From positions 54,126,001-54,190,000 of the forward strand of contig CM059438.1 of assembly GCA_030390025.1 (NCBI GenBank): a stretch of DNA of 64,000 bases, in the 5' to 3' direction. The DNA comes from Squalus acanthias. Its lineage: Eukaryota. Shown here piece by piece: positions 49,591 to 59,995 of the stretch. Position numbers and translations under genes: made by a program. The notes under the pieces were generated by a model. It worked only from the letters and a program-made list of their open reading frames with translations. It did no database searches and had not been told where the DNA came from. Positions within the stretch are counted from its first letter, which is position 1; the number at the start of each line of letters is the position of its first letter.

Positions 49591-50353
49591 ATGCGTTCGT
49601 CCTCCTGAATAATGTGAATGTGGTGAGCTGCTGCTCGGCGGTACATGCCTACATCAAGAACGCACCTACATCGCTGCTCAATCTCTGTCTACCTCCTGGA
49701 TAAGCACTGCCACTCTAATCAGTCTGACCTATGTGTCAGTCAGTTGAATCTTTTATCTCCAAAAGACAAGTTTCAAACAATTGATCAGACGTTCTCACAT
49801 TGTTGAATTCCGTTCTGAAAAGATTTGAGTTCCTTTAACATGCCTTTAGATATCGAAGACTGTGAAATCACTACTGGGTCATTTAATGTCAACTACGCGC
49901 ACGTTCAAAATCATGGTCCATCCACGCGCATGCCACTGCCCGAACTGTATCGTAACACTACGTAACATCTCCACATAGTATCGTATTATTGAGTAACATC
50001 CCCCCAAACTGCATCGTATTAATGTGTAACATCCCCCCACCCCCCGAACTGTATGGTAACATGGTGTAACATCCTCCTCTAACCGTATGGTAGCACTGTG
50101 AAAGACTTGAAACATTTCAGATACCTTGTTGGCATGATAGGGAATTTTAGTTTTTAATGTAGTTACTACACTGTCTGGCACACCGGGGGTGGGGGGGCCA
50201 CTATGTCTGATGTGTAATGTACAATTGATGAGATTTCCTAAACCAGTTTTGAACTAATTACCATTTGAGGAATGTCTGTTCAGTATCATTCCTGGTACTT
50301 TACCAATTTTAATACAAGTTGATGCTGGAGCTGCATCTAATCTGTGTAAATTC

Positions 50354-50359
50354 AATAAA
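50354..50359 (+). terminator. Probable DNA2 polyadenylation signal AATAAA
   Basis: AATAAA ~765 nt after the stop, with T-rich sequence downstream and before TE sequence resumes. Confidence 0.6.
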
Positions 50360-50694
50360 AAGGTGTTAGAAAAATTAACCAAAATGGTCATTTTTCAGTT
50401 TCACATTGAAACAGTCCTCTTATTCTGTTCTGCAAAGAGAATTCCTTGGAAGAGTACAGGGTGTATACAGTATGTGGGGAGTCTGATTACTCGTCAGGAA
50501 CAGAGCCCCCTCCCCCTTCAAAGAGCTCCTCCCCATTTTGACCATAAACGTTTGTCTTATTTATCCCTGTCTACTTCAGGTTAGTTGAAGTCCCCAGTTA
50601 TTAATGCTCTGTTACTGCTGCAGATCTCATGGTGTCTTGCCTATATTTAGTGCTCTGAAAATGGTAACAAACCCTAACTAATTCTTAACTCTAG

Positions 50695-51690
50695 TGGTGG
50701 GAGTCATACCTAGCACAAAGGAAGATGGTTGTGGTTGTTGGAGGTCAATCATCTCAGCTCCAGGACATCGTTGCAGGAGTTCCTCAGGGCAGTGTCCTTG
50801 GCCCAACTACCTTTAGCTGCTTCAGCGATAATTTCTCCATCATAAGGTTAGAAGTGAGGCTGTTCGATGATTGCAGTGTTCAGCTCCATTTGCAATTCCT
50901 CAGATAATGAAGCAGTCATCCAGGCTTTGGCTGATAAATGACGAGTAACATTTGCGCCACAACTACCAGGCAAAGACCAACTCCAACAAGAAGGAGCCAA
51001 AGCATCTCCCTTTGACATTCAATGGCATTACCATCACCAACTCCCCCACCATCAACATCCTGAGGGTCACCATTGACTGGACCAGCCATATAAATGCCGT
51101 GGCTACTAGAGCAGGTCAGAGGCGGAGTATTCTGCGGCGAGTGTCTCACCTCCTGACTCCCCAAAGCCTTTCCACCATCTACAAGGCACAAGTAAGGAGT
51201 GTGATGGAATACTCTCCACTTGCCTGGATGAGTGCAGCTGCAACAACACTCAAGAAGCTCGACACCATCCAGGGCAAAGCAGCCCGCTTGATTGGCACCC
51301 CATCCACCAGATTAAACATTCACTCCTTCCACCATTGACGCACCATGGCTGCAGTGTGTACCATCTACAGGGTGCACTGCAGCAACTCAACAAAGCTTCT
51401 TCAACAGCACCTCCCAAACTCACGACCTCCACCACCTAGCAGGACAAGGGCAGCAGGTGCATGGGAACACCATCACCTCCAAGTCACACACCATCTTGAC
51501 TTTGAAATATATCGCTGTTCCTTCATTATCGCTGGGTTCAAAATCCTGGAACTCCCTCCCTAACAGTATTGAGAGTACTTTCACCACACCGATGGCAGTG
51601 GTTGAAGACAACTGCTTCGGGCAACCAAGGATAGGCAATAAATGCCAGCCTTGCCAGCGACACCCACATTCTGAGAATGGAAAAAAAACT
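50695..51690 (+). mobile_element. 5'-truncated LINE (CR1 group), RT C-terminal part
   Basis: [11 protein letters not shown]; TIYKAQVRSVMEY; A-rich tail. Confidence 0.8.
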
Positions 51691-51794
51691 CAAACTTAGT
51701 GCACCATCAATAAACATTTCCTTTCTGTTGTAGTTGAGTCTTTAATGAGGCCATCATTTTTTCCTTTCTATCTCTTGAAAATATTATACCTGGG

Positions 51795-52995
51795 ACAGCA
51801 AAAAAGCAAAATATTGCAGATGCTGGAAATCTGAAATAAATACTGGAAATACTCAGTAGGTCAGGCAGCATCTGTGGAGAGGGAAAAAGTTAATGTTTCA
51901 GATCGATGACCTTTCGTCAGAACTGGTAGATGACAGAGAGGTGAGAGTGGGGCGTACGTAGAATTAAAGTGTCAAGCGACCGGAAGCTCAGGGTCATGCT
52001 TGCGGACTGAACTGAGGTGTTCAAAGCGATCACCCAATCTGCGTTTGGTCTCCCCAATGTAGAGGAAATGCATTGTGAGCAGCGAATACAATGTACCAAG
52101 TTGGAAGAACTTCAAGTAAATCACTCTTTCATCTGGAATGAGTGTTTGGGGCCCTGGGTGGTGTGAAGGGAGGAGGTGAAAGGGCAGATGTTGCATCTCC
52201 TATGCTTTCAAGGGGAGCGACTGCTGGGGAGTTTGGAATGCTGAAAGGGGAGGGGAAGGTGTGTTTTGAGGTGGTAGAAATGGAGGAGGTTGATCCGTTG
52301 ATTGCAGAGGCTTGTGGGGTGAAAGGTGAGATCAAGGGGAATCCTATTGTGATTCTGGGAGGGAGGGGAAGGGTTGAATGCAGGAAATAGGATGGACACG
52401 GTCGAGAGCTCTATCAACCACGGTTGAGGGGAATCCTTAGGAGAGGTAAAATGAAGACATTTCGGAAGCTCTGTGTGGAAGGTACCATGATAGGATCCCC
52501 ATTGTCCTCACCTTCCACCCCACCAGTCACTGCATTCAACAGATCATTCTCCGCCATTTCTGCCACCTCCAGCGTGATGCCATCACCAAACACATCTTCC
52601 CTTCCCCTTTCAGCATTCCGCAGAGACAGTTCACTTCGTGACACCCTGGTCCACTCTTCGTGGAGTGGAGAAGGTGTGGGCTGGTGCTTGGGGTGGGGAT
52701 CCACACCCCTGGGATCTACCTGTAATATTCCTGGGCCACAATATGCTTCTCTTTGCCAGATTTTCCATACTTCCTGCCCCTTCTGCTGTAACCATTTACA
52801 CCTCCTCTAGACCTAACTTTTGTTTTTTTATTTGTCCCATCATCTTTTGCCTTGCGCCATCATCCCTTTTGTCATTTAGTCACTGTTGCCCTCCACCCTA
52901 TCAAGGATCTTCCCTTTTGTTCCTTTCTGCCCCCTTTTCCCTGGCTCTGTACTTGCTTCTTTTGAAAGGTCATCGACCTGAAACATTAACCTTAG
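51795..52995. mobile_element. Penelope-like element remnants in inverted arrangement
   Basis: Minus strand LYIGETKRRLGDRF (GIY-YIG-like); RIP-x-x-LTFHPTS present on both strands; terminal repeat sequence at both ends. Confidence 0.75.
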
Positions 52996-53779
52996 TTCCA
53001 AGTTTGTCATGTCACTCCATTCTAGTTAGTGCGTCTCATTCCCTGACTTTAATTCTGCTTTCCACATTCACATATAAACACTGCAATCCTGACCCATTCG
53101 GAATTCTCGATACCCTTTTATGCTTGGATTTTTTCTTACTGTTTCCTTCACTTTCTGTCTCCAAAACCTCCCTCCTATCTGCCTTGAGGTATGTCTCCCC
53201 ATACTGCTCTTGACTTTGTCCCTTCACTATACTTCTTACACCCTCCCCTGTTGAATACTAGAACTTTATTCTACCTATCTGGAGCGGGGCATCTCGCGGC
53301 GTGCCCGTTCGACTTTTCCCTTCGCCCTTCAGCTTGTATTTTTTTGCACTACAAATTGCTGGAAATGCGAGGTGATAACGGCGCGGCGAGTGCATCTAGG
53401 ACCTCAGTGAACGACGGGACCAACAGTCTATCTCCTTAACCAATGAGATTTAAGGATAGGGAAAGAAGCAGAAGATTGACGGAGAAGGAAATAGGGTGAA
53501 TGAGATTCAAATCAGGTACAGAAAGGAATAGGGGGGGAAAGAAAGATTGGATTGAGAGAGAGAGAGAGACAACAGAAACGTAAGAAAAGCAGGAATGAGA
53601 TGCCACAGTTTCAACTGTTCCCATTCTGGGCTGGAGAGGTTGAGTGGCATTGCAGGAACATTAACCTCCTCATTATAAAGGTCCTTAAGCTGTTAAGCAC
53701 TAGCCGTAACTTCCTGCAGCAAGTTTTTTTTCAGCGTAAGAAATGTCGTTTATGATCACTGGGAAAGGAAAGGGGCCAT

Positions 53780-54620
53780 TAGAAATTCACAACACAGCTT
53801 TTGGAAAAGTAGGTCGTGCCTTACAAATTTGATCGTTTTTTGAGGAGGTCATTGGGGTAGTGAATGAGGAAAATCCGGTAGACATTGTCTACCTGGACTT
53901 TCAGAAAGCCTTTGATGAGGTATCTCTCACTAGGTTACTTAACAAGGTTGAAGCTTGTGATATCAGTAAAAATTTGAAACGCTGGATCAGGGATTGGCTC
54001 CAATCTCACAGCCAAAAAGTTGTCGTTAACGGATGTGGTTGAGCTTGGAGACGTGTTACTGTGGTGTCCCCCAGGGATCGGTTCTAGGCCCGCTACTCTT
54101 CACGGTCTTTATCCTGGACAGTGGTATTGGGAGTATGGTCAGTATGTTTGCAGATGAAACCAAAATCTGTGCAAGGGTTAAGACGGCAGAGGAGTGAAAT
54201 CAAATCCAAAAAGATTTAGACACGGTGGCATAGTGGTTAGCACTGTTGCCTCACAGCGCCAGGGACCCGGGTTTGAATCTGGCCTCGGATGACTGTCTGT
54301 GTGGAGTTTGCACATTCTCCCCGTGTCTGCGTGGGTTTCCTCTGGGTGCTCCGGTTTCCTCCCACAGTCCAAAGATGTGCGGGTTAGGTTGATTTGGCTA
54401 TGATAAATTGACCCTTAGTGTTAGGGGGATTAAATACGTGGGGTTACGGGGATAGGGTGGGATATGTGTCGGTGCAGGCTCGATGGGCCGAAATGGCCTC
54501 TATCTGCACTGTGGGGATTCTGTGATATGTTGGGATGGTGGGCCACACAATTGCAAATGGCGTTTAATTTAGGTAATGTAGTGTCATGCATGTTGGTTGG
54601 GCCAACACAGAATACACATC
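53780..54620 (+). mobile_element. Old CR1 RT fragment split by a SINE
   Basis: [27 protein letters not shown]; resumes after the SINE as WATQLQMAFN. Confidence 0.75.
54221..54525 (+). mobile_element. HE1-like V-SINE
   Basis: tRNA-like head ggtggcatagtggttagc; V-domain gtgtggagtttgcacattctccccgtgtctgcgtgggtttcc; CR1-like 3' tail. Confidence 0.8.
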
Positions 54621-54664
54621 ATTGGCAGGGAACAATGCTTGAGCGAACAATGAAGTTGAGAGAA

Positions 54665-55075
54665 AAAGATCCAATCCCCGAGGGGCGGGGCTGCGGTGAG
54701 TGACAGGCTCTGGGATCCAATCCCTGGCGGGGGGAGGGGCGGGGCTGCGGTGAGTGACAGGCTCTGGGATCCAATCCCTGGCGGGGAAGGGGCGGGTCCG
54801 CGGTGAGTGACAGGTTTTGGGATCAATCGCTGGCGGGGAGGGGCGGGGTATCTGTGAGTGACAGGCACTGGGATCCAATCACTGGTGGGGAGGGTCGGGG
54901 TTCCGGTGAGTGACAGGCGCGGTCTCGGCGGTTTCTCGCGAGAGGAGCTGTCTGGCGGGCTGGAGCAAGCGCCATTTTGTCGAGTGTCGGGTGGGTCCGG
55001 GTGTCGGAGCGTTGCCGGTGCTACAATCGCCATTGTCCTGTTTTGTGAACGCTGAGGTCGGACCGATTCGACACG
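54665..55075 (+). promoter_or_regulatory. CpG-island promoter/5' UTR of the hnRNP H-family gene
   Basis: Five TGAGTGACAG, four CCAAT, repeated GGGGCGGG boxes, TTCCGG (54901), palindrome TCTCGCGAGA (54934-54943), YY1-type CGCCATTTT (54970-54978). Confidence 0.8.
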
Positions 55076-55091
55076 ATGGCGCAGGAGGACG
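55076..55091 (+). CDS. HNRNPH3: hnRNP H-family gene, first coding exon (MAQED)
   Basis: acgATGG strong Kozak; ATG GCG CAG GAG GAC G|gtaatc; phase 1 matches the next exon, which has no ATG. Confidence 0.65.
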
Positions 55092-55119
55092 GTAATCAGT
55101 AACGAGATGGTTCCAGGGG

Positions 55120-55850
55120 CAGGCCTAGTGCGGCCCCGGGCTGTCTGAGAGGCCCCGGGGCTTGTGAGCGCCTCCCGCCCGGGCCTAGTTTGGCCCCGCG
55201 GCCTGTGGGCGCCTCCCGCCCGGGCCCAGTGCGGCCCTGGGGCCTGTGAGTGCCTCCCGCCAGGGCCCAGTGCGGCCCTGCGGCCTGAGTGCCTCCCGTC
55301 CGGGCCCAGTGCGGCCCCGCGGCCTGTGAGCGCCTCCCGCCCAGGCCTAATGCGGCCTGTGAGCGCCTCCCGCCCGGGCCCAGTGCGGCCCCGCGGCCTG
55401 TGAGCGCCTCCCGCCCGGGCCCAATGCGGCCCCGCGGCCTGTGAGCGCCTCCCGCCCAGGCCTAGTGCGGCCTGTGAGCGCCTCCCGCCCGGGCCCAGTG
55501 CGGCCCCGCGGCCTGTGGGCGCCTCCCGCCCGGGCCCAGTGCGGCCCTGGGGCCTGTGAGTGCCTCCCGCCAGGGCCCAGTGCGGCCCTGCGGCCTGAGT
55601 GCCTCCCGTCCGGGCCCAGTGCGGCCCCGCGGCCTGTGAGCGCCTCCCGCCCGGGCCCAATGCGGCCCCGCGGCCTGTGAGCGCCTCCCGCCCAGGCCTA
55701 GTGCGGCCTGTGAGCGCCTCCCGCCCGGGCCCAGTGCGGCCCCGCGGCCTGTGAGCGCCTCCCGCCCAGGCCTAGTGCGGCCTGTGAGCGCCTCCCGCCC
55801 GGGCCTAGTGCAGCCCCGCGGCCTGTGAGCGCCTCCCGCCCAGTGCGGCC
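55120..55850. repeat. GC-rich 41/33-bp minisatellite (gcggcctgtgagcgcctcccgcccgggcccagtgcggcccc)
   Basis: Tandem array in the first intron of the hnRNP gene. Confidence 0.92.
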
Positions 55851-56039
55851 TCGTGGTGTGTTAGGGGAGGTCGCTAGGCCGGCATCTCCTGTGGTAAGGC
55901 TGTTGCAGCCGGTGTGACGGTTCCCGAGCTCCGGCCTCCGCACGCCCGTCCGAGCGGTGCCATTTTCGGTATTTTGGGCCCGTGGGGCCGCGGTGGTGCC
56001 CTGGTCCGTGTCCTGGATCAGCGGTGTCTGAGCCCCGGA

Positions 56040-56313
56040 CCACAAACAGCAGAGAGATAATGTACTATAATATTGGCCAGGACACCCGGAGAACGCCCTG
56101 CTCTTCGAATGGTGCTCTCAGATCTTTTGTGTAGGGCAGAGGGGGCCTCGGTTTAACGTATCATCCGAAAGACCGACCTCCGACAGTGCAGCACTCCCTC
56201 AGCACTGCACAGGGGTGTCAGCTTAGATCTTTGTGTTCAAGTCTCTGGAGTGGGACTTGAATCCACAACCTTCTGACTCAGAGGCGAGAGTGAAACACAA
56301 AGCCACAGCTGAC
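56040..56313 (-). mobile_element. tRNA-derived SINE fragment
   Basis: Same family as 3833-4317. Confidence 0.75.
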
Positions 56314-56399
56314 TCAAAAAAGCCCATTTCTGTTTGAGGTTTCAGATCAGTGGTGTGCCATTTGGATCAAAGCTCTCTACAGGAATAGCTGGAGTAGTC

Positions 56400-56822
56400 T
56401 GAACATAAGAATTAGGAGCAGGAGTCGGCCATGCGGGCCCTCAAGCCTGCTCCGCCATTCAGTAAGATCATGACTGATCTTCGACCTCAACTCCACTTTC
56501 CCACCCGATTCCCATATCCTGTGATTCCCCCATGAGTCTGAAAATCTATCGATCTCAGCCTTGAATATACTCAACGACTCAGCATCCACAGCCCTTTGGG
56601 GTAGAGAATGCCAAAGATTCACAACTCTGAGTGAAGAAATTCCTCTTCCCCATAGTCTTAAATGGCTGACCCCTTTTCTTGAAACTATACCCCCTCGTTC
56701 TAGACTCTCCAGCCAGGGGAAACAACCTCTCAGTATCTACCCTGTCAATCCCCCTCAGAATCTTATACGTTTTAATGAGGTCACCTCTCATTCTTCTGAA
56801 CTCCAGAGAGTATAGGCCCAAT
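56400..56822 (-). mobile_element. CR1 3' end
   Basis: [20 protein letters not shown]. Confidence 0.85.
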
Positions 56823-57113
56823 CTAGTGTGGGTCTGTTTGCTGTGTGGGAACTGTCGGATTCTGGTCCTCAAAAAGAGCAAATTGAGGCCTTGAAACCAA
56901 GGCTCCTACAGTGAGCAAAGCACAAGTTATTTGTTCATCAGTGTGATTCCAGTGAAGTGTAAAACTAAATCAAATGTGTGGTTGTTTCACAGAAATCTTT
57001 ACTAACTTGGAGCCAGCAGTTGAAGGTCAGTTTTGATTTAGTTTGTGAAGAATTGTTTTGGTCACGGTCACGGCCTCAGCCAGCTGCTATTCAGTGTTTG
57101 ACTCTGATTGCAG

Positions 57114-57215
57114 AGAAAGAGCCCGAGATTCCCACAAAGGAGGAGGACTTTGTTGTGCGAGTCCGTGGCCTGCCGTGGTCGTGTACACCGGACGAAGTGA
57201 CCCGGTTCTTCTCAG
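57114..57215 (+). CDS. HNRNPH3: hnRNP H/F-family exon, qRRM1 N-half (KEPEIPTKEEDFVVRVRGLPWSCTPDEVTRFFS)
   Basis: ttgcag| ... |gtaatt; VRGLPWSC qRRM signature. Family call is strong; H3 paralog inferred from linkage to DNA2. Confidence 0.8.
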
Positions 57216-57307
57216 GTAATTATTGGGTGTTGCTGATATTGATTTCAGTTGCTGCTGTGGGCATTGCATGTTTCTACAGTTATTTTGTTTGTATTCTTTT
57301 GTTGTAG

Positions 57308-57463
57308 AGTGTGATATTCGAAACGGGGTGAGCGGAGTGCAGTTCACCACCTCCAAAGAGGGTCGCCCCAGCGGCGAAGCTTACGTGCATCTGGATAACG
57401 CCGAAGACTTCAAAAAAGCTTTGGCGAAAGACCGGAAATATATGGGCCACAGATATATTGAAG
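57308..57463 (+). CDS. HNRNPH3: hnRNP H/F-family exon, qRRM1 C-half (CDIRNG...EGRPSGEAYV...DRKYMGHRYIE); gene continues beyond window
   Basis: ttgtag| ... |gtcagt; GRPSGEA and MGHRYIE motifs. Confidence 0.8.
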
Positions 57464-57739
57464 GTCAGTAACAGCTCTACACTGAGTGGTGTCACAGATG
57501 CATTGACAGCAAGGTCTAACTTGTAAGACGGGCCATTGTGGCTCTGGTGCTGGAGTTTCTGTACATTCCAGGCACTGCTGTTCCTTTGTATTTTTTCACG
57601 GGTGACACAACTTGTGTTAAGTAGTGTGTAATGTTTGAAGTGTGACGGAGGAAAGGTGCATGCCTGAGATTTTATATTACTAGCGAAATCTCCTGAGATG
57701 CTGCCACAGTAACTGAGGATGCACTGTTTATATAACGAA

Positions 57740-58110
57740 AGAACATGGCATAGGCCATTCAGCCCCTCGAGTGCCCATAGCCTTTGGGGGGGGGGGGGGG
57801 TTTGTTCCAAATTTCCGCTTTATAGTTTTAAATATCTCGATTAGATCAGTCATCGATACTCAAGGGAATACAAGCCCAGTCTCTTCAATCTGTCCTCATA
57901 ATTTAACCCTTTAAGCCCCGGTATAATTCTGGTAACTCTGCACCTCCCCCAAGGCCGATGTATCCTTCCTAAGATGCAGTGCCTAAAACTGAATGCAGTT
58001 CTCCAGATGCGGTCCAGCCAGTGCTCTCTACAGCTGTAACATCAGTTCCACCCTTTTATGTTCCAGCCCCCTTGAGATAAAGACCATCGTTCCATTCGTC
58101 TTCCTGATCA
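57740..58110 (-). mobile_element. Degenerate CR1 3' fragment
   Basis: ggccattcagcccctcgag; tactcaagggaatacaagccc. Confidence 0.65.
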
Positions 58111-58949
58111 TGTCCCGAAGCTATTGCGCCGTGTTCAGTCGTTGCTGTGTGCACAACGCGAAACAAGTCTGTTTTTGGTGGTGGTGGTTGAGGAAGGGGA
58201 GCTGGATAGAACCCCCTGCTCTTAAATCCACCCAAGTTAACGTCCTGTGCAAAGTCGGGGGTGGGGGGGCACTTCTAACAGTGCAGCACTCTAATTCCTG
58301 CTCTCAAGTGTAGGGTTGTGCAAGGACGGGAATATTATACCAGGTAAAACAATGTTATTCTGCTAAGGTGGAAGCATGAGTGAGTTTAAAGGCACAGTGG
58401 GTGAGTTCAGGTCTGATGAGCTGGAGACATTGTGTCTGTGCTGCGTTCTGTTGCTGGAAGAAATAGGAGCAGGAGTAGGCCATTCAGCCCTTCGAGCCTG
58501 CTCCGTCATTCAATAAGATCATGGCTGATCTGATCTTGGCCTCAACTCCACTTTTCTGCCTGCTCCCCATAACCCTTGACTCCCCTGTAGTTCAAAAATC
58601 TGTCTATCTCAGCCTTGAATATATTCACTGGCTCAGCCTCCACAGCTCTCTCGGGTAGAGAATTACAAAGATTCATGACCCTCTGAGAAGAAATTCCTCT
58701 TCATCTCGGTGTTAAATGGGCAACCCCTTATTCTGAAACTATGCCCCCTAGCTCTAGATTCCCCATGAGGGGAAACACCCTCTCCGCATCTACCCTGTCA
58801 AGCCCCCTCAGAATCTTATGTTTCAATAAGATCACCTCTCATTCTTCTAAACTCCAATGAGTATAGGCTCAACCTTTCCTCATAAGACAACCCCTTCATC
58901 CCAGGAATCAACCTAGTGAACCTTCTCTGAACTGCCTCCAAAGCAAGTA

Positions 58950-59995
58950 CAGTAAACTCTTTCGTATCCGGCACCTACGATGGTGCCGGTTGATTAAAAA
59001 TTCGGATAACGGAGAGGTATACCTACCAAAGTACGAGAGCCCGTTACACAGGTGCAGGAGCCCCGGTTACACGGCCACAGGTGCAGGAGCCCCTGTTACA
59101 CAGCCACAGGTACTGGAGCCCCGGTTACACGGCCACAGATCCAGGAGTCCCTGTTACACGGCCACAGATCCAGCAGTCCCTGTTACACGGCCACAGATCC
59201 AGGAGTCCCTGTTACACGGCCACAGATCCAGGAGTCCCTGTTACACGGCCACAGATCCAGGAGTCCCTGTTACACGGCCACAGATCCAGGAGTCCCTGTT
59301 ACACGGCCACAGATCCAGGAGTCCCTGTTACACGGCCACAGATCCAGGAGTCCCTGTTACACGGCCACAGATCCAGGAGTCCCTGTTACACGGCCACAGA
59401 TCCAGGAGTCCCTGTTACACGGCCACAGATCCAGGAGTCCCTGTTACACGGCCACAGATCCAGGAGTCCCTGTTACACGGCCACAGATCCAGGAGCCCCT
59501 GTTACACGGCCACAGATCCAGGAGCCCCTGTTACACGGCCACAGATCCAGGAGCCCCTGTTACACGGCCACAGATCCAGGAGCCCGGTTACACGGCCACT
59601 TGTGCAGGAGCCACGGTTACACGGCCACTTGTGCAGGAGCCACGGTTACACGGCCACATGTGCAGGAGTCCCGGTTACACGGCCACAGGTACAGGGGCCC
59701 CGGTTACACGGCCACAGGTACAGGGGCCCCGGTTACACGGCCACAGGTACAGGGGCCCCGGTTACACGGCCACAGGTACAGGGGCCCCGGTTACACGGCC
59801 ACAGGTACAGGGGACCCGGTTGCACAACCAGAGGTGCAGGAGCCATGGTTACACGGCAAAAGGTACGAGAACCCCGGTTACACAGCCACAAATATACAGT
59901 AAAACTTACCTTTGGGTTCCTGAACCTACTCCTGAATTTTGCCGGTTATTAGAGAATTACGGATAATTAGGTGCCGTTTAAACGAGAGTTTACTG
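58950..59995. mobile_element. Tc1/mariner-pogo-type non-autonomous element
   Basis: TIR cagtaaactct...ggcacc / ggtgcc...agagtttactg; TA duplicated at 58948-58949 and 59996-59997. Confidence 0.8.
59036..59890. repeat. 29-bp minisatellite (tccctgttacacggccacagatccaggag)
   Basis: About 29 copies inside the TIR element. Confidence 0.95.

Noticed and set aside
54221-54290. tRNA-like sequences (also ~4250-4317 and 25790-25850)
   Set aside because: They are SINE heads: A/B boxes continue into SINE body and LINE-like tail, with no complete cloverleaf.
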